A stretch of 64,000 bases of DNA, from the NCBI GenBank assembly GCA_965242865.1, contig CBDETK010000013.1, positions 1,344,001 through 1,408,000 of the forward strand, in the 5' to 3' direction. The translations under genes were made by a program, and so were the position numbers. This document shows, one piece after another, positions 56,949-64,000 of the stretch; position 1 is the stretch's first letter, and the number at the start of each line of letters is the position of its first letter. The notes below the pieces were generated by a model, which was not told the origin of the DNA, did no database searches, and saw only the letters and a program-made list of their open reading frames with translations. The stretch is from Candidatus Latescibacterota bacterium (GTDB lineage Bacteria > Latescibacterota > UBA2968 > UBA8231).

Positions 56949-59151
56949 GGCGCGGGCACTGGCCGCCTTAGCTATCTTGGCCCTGGGACTGCGCTTGATT
57001 TACCTGTTCCAAGCCGCGGACAGCCCCTTTTTCGACGCGCCCATTGTAGATGCCAGAAGCTACACCGAATACGCCCGCGAGCTGACGACCGGCGCTTGGG
57101 CTGGGCGTCCCCTGCCGTTTTGGCAAGCCCCTTTTTACCCGTACCTCCTAGCCGTTCTTTTCTCCCTGTTTGGCGAAAACTACTACCTGCCGCGGCTACT
57201 CCAAGCCCTCGCTGGCACGGCCACTTGCCTGATCGTCGTCAAGTTAGGCCGCGCGGCCTTTTCCCCGACCGTGGGCTGGGTGGCCGGCCTAGCCGCGGCT
57301 TGGTACGGCCCCTTCCTCTACTTTGAGGGCGAACTTTTGCCCACGACTTGGGCCGTGCTTTTCGACGCCCTGCTGCTGGTGGTCTTGTTGTGGGGCCAAC
57401 GCCGGGGCGGGCTCCTTCCCGCGCTCAGTGCCGGTCTCGTCCTAGGGCTGGGCACTTTGGCCGTGCCAAATGTGTTGCTCTTTGCGCTGGTCGCGGCTTG
57501 GTGGGTGTATCGCGTGGCTCCGGGCCGCGGCGTCCTCCGCGTGGCGGTCTTTGCCGCTGGCCTACTGCTGCTGGTCGGCCCGGTGACCCTGCGCAATCGC
57601 ATCGTCGGCAACGAGTGGGTGCTCATCTCCTTCAACACGGGGGTCAACTTCTACCTCGGCAACAACCCGGACTACGACCGCACCGTAGCGGCGCGGCCCG
57701 GAGCCGGGTGGCACGAGGTGGTTGACTTGCCCCGCCGCGAGGCCGGCATCACCGAGCCGGGCGCGGGCTCAAACTACCTTTGGGGCAAAGCTTGGGAGTA
57801 TATACGCACCGATCCGAGCGGCTATTTGGCCCTGCTTTTGCACAAGGGCTATCTGTTTTGGCACGGGGCCGAGATCCCCCGCAACACCGATCCATACTGG
57901 GCCGCTGAGTACTCGCCGCTCTTGCGCCTGTTGCTGTGGAAGTACGGCCTCGCGTTTCCCTTTGGCTTGGTCTCGGCCTTGGCCCTGCTCGGGGCGGCCT
58001 ACGTCCTGCTCAAACCAGAACGCCGCACCCCGGGGGCCTATCTCGTCTTGCTCTTTGCCGGGGTCTATATGCTGTCGGTGGTGCTGTTTTTCGTCACCGG
58101 CCGCTACCGCTTGCCGGCCGTGCCCTGCCTTTTGCTGCTGGCCGCTTATGGGGCCTGCACCTTGGCCGGTTTGCGCGGCCGGTCCTTGTACCTGTCGGCT
58201 GGGGCCTTCGCCGGGCTGCTGTGGGTCACCAACGCCGGGACCGCAGCGACCCGGCCGCACGTGGCCGCCTTCCACCACTACTCGCTGGGTGCGGTCTATG
58301 AGAGCAAAGGCATGAAGACCAACGCCTTGCAGCACTATCGCCGCGCCATCGAACTCGCCCCGGCCCACCGTCGCGCGCTGCTGGGCCTAGCCTATATGTA
58401 CGGGGCGACTCAACGCTACGACGATGCCGCCCACACTTGGCGGCAATTCCTCGACCACTATCCAGACCAAGACGACATCCGCCTCCAGTTAGCGGATTTT
58501 CTTAGGCTGCGGGGCCAGCCCCAAGAGGCGGCGGTCGAGTACCAAAAGCTCCTAGTGCGGCAACCCAATCGCGCCGACCTGTACCTCCGCCTCGGTCGGG
58601 CCGAAGCCGCGGCTGGTCAACGGGTGCAAGCCGAAGCGGCCTATCGCCGCGCCCTCGAACTAGGCGCTCCGGCGGCTCACTACCTGCTGGGCCAGCTATA
58701 CGAAGCCCAAGGCGAGCCAGCCCGCGCCGAGCAAGCCTATCAGCAGCTCATCGCCCAGCATCCCGACCATCGCGCTGGGTTGTGCCATTTAGCCGATTTG
58801 CTGCTAAAGCGGGGGGACGAGGAAGCAGCCAAAAACCTTTTGCTCGCGGCGCTGGCGCTCGATCCCGACGACGCCCACGCCTTGCACAGCATGGGCACTT
58901 TAGAGGCCAACCAAGGTCAGTACCGCCAAGCCCTCCAGCGCTTTGAGCGCATCTTGCAACGCCATCCCCGCGATTTGCCGGCCCGCCGCTCCCTATCCCA
59001 CCTCCTGCTCAAAACGGGCCAGCGCGCCCGCGCCGATGCCGAGTACGCCCACTACCAGCGCCTAAAGCGGCAGCACCGCATGCAGCAACAGACGCAGGAA
59101 AAAACCAAGAAGCTAGCCGATCAACTGCGGCAGATGTTCAAAGCGCACTAG
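56929..59151 (+). CDS. GT-C glycosyltransferase with C-terminal TPRs
   Basis: LRLIYL...IVDARSY, QAPFYP, NFYLGNNP, GRYRLPAVP, then TPRs. Confidence 0.8.
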   Translation: MLAWANKARALAALAILALGLRLIYLFQAADSPFFDAPIVDARSYTEYARELTTGAWAGRPLPFWQAPFYPYLLAVLFSLFGENYYLPRLLQALAGTATCLIVVKLGRAAFSPTVGWVAGLAAAWYGPFLYFEGELLPTTWAVLFDALLLVVLLWGQRRGGLLPALSAGLVLGLGTLAVPNVLLFALVAAWWVYRVAPGRGVLRVAVFAAGLLLLVGPVTLRNRIVGNEWVLISFNTGVNFYLGNNPDYDRTVAARPGAGWHEVVDLPRREAGITEPGAGSNYLWGKAWEYIRTDPSGYLALLLHKGYLFWHGAEIPRNTDPYWAAEYSPLLRLLLWKYGLAFPFGLVSALALLGAAYVLLKPERRTPGAYLVLLFAGVYMLSVVLFFVTGRYRLPAVPCLLLLAAYGACTLAGLRGRSLYLSAGAFAGLLWVTNAGTAATRPHVAAFHHYSLGAVYESKGMKTNALQHYRRAIELAPAHRRALLGLAYMYGATQRYDDAAHTWRQFLDHYPDQDDIRLQLADFLRLRGQPQEAAVEYQKLLVRQPNRADLYLRLGRAEAAAGQRVQAEAAYRRALELGAPAAHYLLGQLYEAQGEPARAEQAYQQLIAQHPDHRAGLCHLADLLLKRGDEEAAKNLLLAALALDPDDAHALHSMGTLEANQGQYRQALQRFERILQRHPRDLPARRSLSHLLLKTGQRARADAEYAHYQRLKRQHRMQQQTQEKTKKLADQLRQMFKAH

Positions 59152-59501
59152 CAGAGGTCAATAATCGATAGGTTATATTCTTGAAACTGTTCAGGAACAT
59201 TTAGAGGAATCTTTGAGCAGTTATCTACAAGAATAATCTCCCTTGGAAAGCTAGTTATCTGGTGAATCTCGAAGATACCGTGTTTGTATAGAGCCGCGAG
59301 AACTTTTTCGAGTACGGCATCAGGGTCGAGATGGCTAGTGTCGATCTCGATGGGCTTGAACATTCGGTACGTTTGAAGCACGGCTTTCCGGGGGGCAGTA
59401 TCTGCTGCGAGGTTTTGCTCTTCAATTGTGGCCGGCTCACCGCGTCCACGCATCCGCTTCGTACGATTTTCCTCATCTACCGTAAGCAGGATAACCACAT
59501 C
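59148..59501 (-). pseudogene. C-terminal remnant of a thymidylate/CMPK2-like nucleotide kinase, fused to a possible GT2 fragment
   Basis: DVVILLTVDEENRTKRMRGRG...EEQNL...IEIDTS...VLEKVL is lid-region-like, with no P-loop. The tail PREIILVDNCS is GT2-like. Confidence 0.6.
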
Positions 59502-59503
59502 TA

Positions 59504-60373
59504 TTACCAGTCATACCGTCCTCCTCTCTGAAAAAACCGCTTGGCGTCGAGCGATATATCTTTTAAGGCTTCCTCGACTCCGACACCCAGAATGGGCCTA
59601 CTGTAGGTATGGGTCCCTCGATCGTTATCAAAAAAGCGTCCCGCTGGGTCAATCATAATGTAACTCGCGGTCATTAACTCATTGCTTTCCGGTACGACGA
59701 TTATTCCGTCATTTTCGACCACGCGATTTCGTCGAACGTACGCTTCAAATTGTTCTGTCGCGATCTCCAAATCAGCGATATACTCGTCGTTTTGCCCCTT
59801 TACAGGGAGGACTTGAAGAATTTTCCATCGTTCTGGTTTTGCCAATTTTATGAAATTGGTAAAATCCGACTCCCATGTTTCGGAGCTTACGACAGTGTTG
59901 ATTTTTAGACGTACTCCACGCTGTTTTATCGCAGCGATTTTTTGTAGATATTCTTCCTCAGTTATGGGCCTAGTATGGACGGTGCGCCCCAGTCGTTGCA
60001 GTCTTTCTGGATCGACGGTATCTATACTTAGAGCGATCCAATCTAGACTTCCATTTAGACTGTCCAGCCACTCTGTAGTGATTCTCGATCCGTTCGTGAC
60101 GATAGAGGTCACCATCCCACGTTTCTTTGCTCTTTTAATCAAGTCCGGCAGCCACTTACAGAGGGTAGGTTCACCGCCGGCAAAATTGATTTTCTCAAAG
60201 CCTTCCTGAGCGATCCGCTCTACAATCGAGATACAATCTTGTTCTGGCAGGTGACCTTTGGGTAGCTTCATATCTTGCTTGACGTCTTGAAATGTGGCAA
60301 AACAGAATCGACAGCGCATATTGCATGGTTCCCAAATATGATAGTTGACTGATGGAATTTTTGTGCTAGACAC
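59504..60373 (-). CDS. pVip: Prokaryotic viperin (radical SAM antiviral enzyme)
   Basis: SVNYHIWEPCNMRCRFCFATF (CxxxCxxC), KINFAGGEP, SIVTNGS, KINTVV, RWKILQ, ESNELMTASYIMIDPAGRFF, FFQRGGRYDW. Confidence 0.9.
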   Translation of the reverse strand: MSSTKIPSVNYHIWEPCNMRCRFCFATFQDVKQDMKLPKGHLPEQDCISIVERIAQEGFEKINFAGGEPTLCKWLPDLIKRAKKRGMVTSIVTNGSRITTEWLDSLNGSLDWIALSIDTVDPERLQRLGRTVHTRPITEEEYLQKIAAIKQRGVRLKINTVVSSETWESDFTNFIKLAKPERWKILQVLPVKGQNDEYIADLEIATEQFEAYVRRNRVVENDGIIVVPESNELMTASYIMIDPAGRFFDNDRGTHTYSRPILGVGVEEALKDISLDAKRFFQRGGRYDW

Positions 60374-60447
60374 GACTTCCCTCCTAAGACAGTTTTCTGA
60401 GCAGAATATCGCTACACTTCATTGCCGGTGAAGCCATTTATTGGATA

Positions 60448-60484
60448 GGTGCTGACCGCAAAAAGAAATACCGCAGTCAGCACC
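60448..60484 (-). promoter_or_regulatory. Stable hairpin between the small ORF and viperin
   Basis: GGTGCTGACTGC-N13-GCGGTCAGCACC: 12-bp stem with one G-U pair, no U tract. Confidence 0.55.
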
Positions 60485-60494
60485 GACCAATCAA

Positions 60495-60644
60495 TCATTT
60501 GCTTTTTGGAGAGGCATTATCTCGGCCTTTACCAGAAGGGTTGCCCGTTGTGCTGGGCTTGCCGCCAGGTCCGCGACTTTTGCCTTTACCGCCGTTTTGT
60601 GGACCGCCTTTACTGCCTCCGCGACCACCTTTCGATTTAGCCAT
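60495..60644 (-). CDS. 49-aa Gly/Lys-rich small protein
   Basis: AAAGGAGGTGA RBS then ATG. MAKSKGGRGGSKGG...KPSTTGNPSGKGRDNASPKSK. Confidence 0.65.
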   Translation of the reverse strand: MAKSKGGRGGSKGGPQNGGKGKSRGPGGKPSTTGNPSGKGRDNASPKSK

Positions 60645-60783
60645 TTTCTCACCTCCTTTCTCGCAGAGATTCACCGCATCACACAAGTATTCCCTAGCGG
60701 TGTACTACTTAAACACCTTCAGCGGCGCGGAGCGTTACTTTTGCAGTGGATTTTTGTTGCGACGAAAGGATGAGTAGGCCCGT

Positions 60784-62823
60784 CTAGCGGCTGTAGCGCA
60801 GGCCAAAGAAAAAGCCCGGCCACGCGAAAAGCCCATCCTTCCATTCCTTCTCGTAGCGGCTACCCGACTCGATCAGCCGAAGATGGCTATCGGTCCACAA
60901 CTGGTTCAAGGAGACGCCGCCAAACAGCGACAGATGGCGGTGCAAAAAGACCCCGGTTCCGAGTTTGATTCGGGCCAGATAGTTGTCCTTACTCAAGCGG
61001 TCCAAGCCCAAATCCACCTTGAGCGGCCAAAGGCCAACGCCTGCTTTGTAATCGTCATCGAGAGCGCGGCTGATCCGGTAGATATGTGCATCGAGGCCGA
61101 GGAAGAACCGCTGGCCGCGCTTCTGCACCCCGACCCCTAAGCCCAACGCCCAGCGTCGCTGGCCGCCCGCGTCGGCAAAGCCCGTGGTAAAAGAGGTGTA
61201 AAACGAGCGGCTGCCCGAGGCGAGCGTGAATAGGGTAAAGCCGACTTCGTCGCGCCAAGTGCTGAAGTTGAAAAGCCCGCTGCGCGAGTAGTTGATCAGC
61301 CCGATGGGCAAGCCGCCCTCGATATGGCCAGAAAGGTTGATCACGCCCACCTGCAAGCCCTTGACCTCGCTCGCCGCGTTCAATACCCCGACCTGCCAAC
61401 CGCGGATTTTGCCGGCGATGTTGAGCAACCCTACTTGGCCACCCTGCAAAGGCCCCAACCCCGAGCCGCGCACTTGAGAGGCGATGTTGAGCAACCCTAC
61501 TTGGCCGCCTTGTAACGGCCCCAGCCCCCAGTTGACGCCTGTGAGGGTCGCCTGCCAGCCATCGATCTCCTTGAGTGCCAAGTTGCCCACCCAACTGACT
61601 TGAGTGCCCGTCCGCGCCCGCGCTTGGTTGACCAGTAAGGCGAACTGGACGCCGCGGAACGCCTCGTCTTGGGTATTGGTCAGCAGCCCCAGCGACAGCG
61701 TATAGCGCTCGCCGGCGGCAACCTCGATTTGGCGGCCCAAGGTGATCCTCGGCCGCGAGCCGCCGCGTAGCCTAGCGTCCTCTGGGGACAGGGCGCGAAA
61801 GTCGCCGCCCCGCACCTCGGCGAACCCGCCCTTAGTCAGGTCCAACTCGGCCACTTGCCAGCCTGCATCCCCCATTGCCAAAAACAGGGTATAGGCCCCC
61901 GGCACCAATCCCAACTCGACCGACCGCCCGGGGGACTTGTTCAGTTCGGCGACTAGGCGTTGCTGGGCATTGCGAACGAAGAGCCGACCGGCGAGGCCCT
62001 CGTCTAGCAACAGGCCCGCGGCGTTGCGGCGCACCGCAGTCAACACCACGTCGCCGGTGCCGCGCATCTGGCCCTCATAGGCTGGATGCTGAGTGCCCCC
62101 GGCGGTGCCAATAGTCCGCGCCCGCGTCTCGTCAAAGACGAACTGGTAAGCCTCGTGGAGGGTCACCCAGTCATCGCCGTTAACGTTGGCCGCGCCGCGC
62201 AGCCCGGAAATTAGATAGTGAGTAAAAAAGGACGCCTCGATCCGGTCCGATTCCTGCGCGGCCTCGTCGGCCGAGCTCGACGTGAGGAAGGCGTACCCCT
62301 GCATGTCGAAGGACTCGTCGACCAAAAAGGGCGGCTGGCGCTTGCCCCCTTTGGTGCGGGTTATGGCCCCGGAGTTACAGGCGTCGAGGATGGCGATGCG
62401 GAAGGCGGCCTCGGTCGTCTCTAGCGAGTCGAGCAACTGCTGATAGCCGAGGCGGTCGCCCTTCGCCAAAAGCAGGCCCTCTTCGTCGGCGTGGCCCGAG
62501 TAGTAAAGCAGCACCTCTAAGCGGCCCGCCCGCCGCCGGGCCGCCTGCACCCGCCGGCCTAGATCGGCCAGCCCCTGCTCAAAAGCAGCCAAATCCGGGT
62601 CGCGCAACAGCAACACATCGGCCGGGTCCAAGCCCCCCATCTCCTGCAAGACCGCGACGAAGTGTTCCGCGTCCGAGACCGCGTAGCGCAACAGTTCGCG
62701 GTCCACCCCGCCGTTGTTGGCCCCGGCAGCCAGCACCAACCGGCGCACCTCGGCCGCGGCCGGCTGCAAAGACAGGCTCGCCGCAACCACGAGCGCGATT
62801 AGCCCACTCAGCCGCGATACCAT
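60784..62823 (-). CDS. Secreted caspase-family (peptidase C14) protein with GxQxGxxN repeats and a beta-rich C-terminus
   Basis: Signal peptide, LRYAVSDA, catalytic dyad YYSGHAD and ILDACNSG, AQESDRIEASFFT; repeated GGQVGLLNIA. Confidence 0.82.
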   Translation of the reverse strand: MVSRLSGLIALVVAASLSLQPAAAEVRRLVLAAGANNGGVDRELLRYAVSDAEHFVAVLQEMGGLDPADVLLLRDPDLAAFEQGLADLGRRVQAARRRAGRLEVLLYYSGHADEEGLLLAKGDRLGYQQLLDSLETTEAAFRIAILDACNSGAITRTKGGKRQPPFLVDESFDMQGYAFLTSSSADEAAQESDRIEASFFTHYLISGLRGAANVNGDDWVTLHEAYQFVFDETRARTIGTAGGTQHPAYEGQMRGTGDVVLTAVRRNAAGLLLDEGLAGRLFVRNAQQRLVAELNKSPGRSVELGLVPGAYTLFLAMGDAGWQVAELDLTKGGFAEVRGGDFRALSPEDARLRGGSRPRITLGRQIEVAAGERYTLSLGLLTNTQDEAFRGVQFALLVNQARARTGTQVSWVGNLALKEIDGWQATLTGVNWGLGPLQGGQVGLLNIASQVRGSGLGPLQGGQVGLLNIAGKIRGWQVGVLNAASEVKGLQVGVINLSGHIEGGLPIGLINYSRSGLFNFSTWRDEVGFTLFTLASGSRSFYTSFTTGFADAGGQRRWALGLGVGVQKRGQRFFLGLDAHIYRISRALDDDYKAGVGLWPLKVDLGLDRLSKDNYLARIKLGTGVFLHRHLSLFGGVSLNQLWTDSHLRLIESGSRYEKEWKDGLFAWPGFFFGLRYSR

Positions 62824-62834
62824 GGATTTTAACT

Positions 62835-63407
62835 CTACCAGATTTCGCTGAGATCCAATACAAATCCCGGCAAGAGGGGATCGGCCGATAGGGCCTTGAG
62901 GTTTTGCCGCACTTCAACCGGGGTTTGCGGGCAGTAGATCGCTATGGTTTTTTGCTCTGGGACCATGAGCCAGCCGAGTTGAGTGCCGTTTTCAATGTAT
63001 GCTTCCATTTTCTGTTGCAACGCGGGCAGGTAATCCGAGGGCGACTTGAGCTCGATGACAAACTCTGGACAAAGCGGCAAAAAGCGCTCCTTTTGCGCCT
63101 CGGTCAGGGCATCGTATCGCGGCCGCGCAACCCACGCGCCATCCGGCGAGCGAACCGAGCGGTCCGGTAGCACAAAGCCGCTCGAGGAATCAAAGGCCAC
63201 GCCAGTGCCATCGCGTTTGGCCCACAAGCCCAACTGCATGGTGATTTCTGCATTCCGGGCACCCGTTGCTCCGCCCGTTGGTAGCATAACGAGTACTTCT
63301 CCTTTTGCATTGCGCTCAATGCGCACATCGCGATTGAACTGACAAAAGTCAAAGAATTGCTCTTCGGTCAGGTCGATAACGGGCTGAAAGTTTAGTACGG
63401 CTTCCAT
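62835..63407 (-). CDS. Uma2 family endonuclease
   Basis: FDSSSGFVLP...RSPDGAWV, CPEFVIELKSPSD, KMEAYIENGTQLGWL, LPGFVLDL. Confidence 0.92.
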   Translation of the reverse strand: MEAVLNFQPVIDLTEEQFFDFCQFNRDVRIERNAKGEVLVMLPTGGATGARNAEITMQLGLWAKRDGTGVAFDSSSGFVLPDRSVRSPDGAWVARPRYDALTEAQKERFLPLCPEFVIELKSPSDYLPALQQKMEAYIENGTQLGWLMVPEQKTIAIYCPQTPVEVRQNLKALSADPLLPGFVLDLSEIW

Positions 63408-63430
63408 AGAGATACCTCGCGGGTCGAGTG

Positions 63431-64000
63431 CTAAGGGGCCGCTGGTTTGCGTAGGGTGAAGGTAAAGAGGTGGACGTCGTCGGCCAGCGCCTTGTCGCCG
63501 GCGGCCAGCTTGGCCCGGATCGGAGCTAGGGCAAAGCGGCGGTCGGCCGCCACCAAGTAAAACCGCTCCCACAGCGGCGCGTCGTCGAGTTCGTAGGCCG
63601 CGTCGAGGGTATCTTGCGCTGCCAACGGCACGGCCTGGGTTCCGGCCGTTGGCAAGTGCCAAGTGACAGCCCCGCGCCCATCAATGGACAGGATCGCCCC
63701 GTACTGCAAGCCGCCGGAGCGGTAGGCGAGCTGCACCCAGTCCCCGCTTTGGGCCAAGGTCCAGTCCTGCAAGCGCTCGGCCCCGCTGGCCTGCTTGCGG
63801 AAAACCTGCAAGCGCGGCGTCCGCTCACCGCCCTTGACCCGCAGGGCGGGGGCTTGCGGGGTTTCTCGGTCAAAGAGAGTGGGCACCGCCACCACCGCCA
63901 GGATCAGGGCCACGGCCGGAACGGCCCAAAGGCGATACCCACTCCACGCTCGTCGGGCGCGCCGGCCCGACGCCCGCTTGAGTTTTAGCTCGATCTGGCC
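63431..64000 (-). CDS. ActD-like/anti-sigma-type membrane protein with DUF4384-like domain, 5'-partial
   Basis: Frame open to window end. TM helix, RVKG, GDWVQLAY, ILSIDGRGAVT, AYELDDAP.WERF. Confidence 0.65.
   Translation of the reverse strand, partial: GQIELKLKRASGRRARRAWSGYRLWAVPAVALILAVVAVPTLFDRETPQAPALRVKGGERTPRLQVFRKQASGAERLQDWTLAQSGDWVQLAYRSGGLQYGAILSIDGRGAVTWHLPTAGTQAVPLAAQDTLDAAYELDDAPLWERFYLVAADRRFALAPIRAKLAAGDKALADDVHLFTFTLRKPAAP

Noticed and set aside
62835-63662. 275-aa extended Uma2 ORF
   Set aside because: The extension overlaps the ActD-like gene; homology begins at ATG 63407.
1-64000. tRNA, rRNA or riboswitch genes
   Set aside because: No cloverleaf or recognisable conserved RNA motif in the short intergenic regions by eye; an Infernal/Rfam scan would be needed to exclude them.

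Overview
High-GC bacterial DNA. The gene content (PhyH dioxygenases, DUF6785/DUF6784 transporters, FlgD-type C-terminal domain proteins, AAA-DUF4143 ATPase, Rpn, Uma2) suggests an FCB-group candidate lineage such as Latescibacterota, possibly a sponge symbiont; this is inference only. The dominant feature is a multi-gene cell-envelope module present as two paralogous sets (about 16.9-38.5 kb and 38.9-59.2 kb). Each set has a strongly expressed CBM9-like secreted protein ending in SW[GA]RIK, three secreted proteins ending in an FlgD/CHU_C-like domain and 'VAY', one or two ~900-aa putative outer-membrane proteins with Ca-binding-like loops, a parvulin PPIase lipoprotein, GT-C-TPR glycosyltransferases and a DUF6785 transporter. 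I cannot match this combination to a described system. Around it lie defence-type genes: SNF2 helicase plus truncated sacsin-like/HNH protein, Rpn with an internal start and a 12-nt VNTR, a prokaryotic viperin island with a kinase remnant and an upstream small Gly/Lys-rich ORF, Uma2, and a caspase-like gene. Also seen: infC with an ATC start, a three-copy REP-like element, an internally deleted FlgD mini-gene, a G-tract-rich block inside one paralog, several deletion-fusion scars, and CCWGG depletion. No rRNA, tRNA or CRISPR array was recognised. All family calls are from motif recognition by eye, not database searches.
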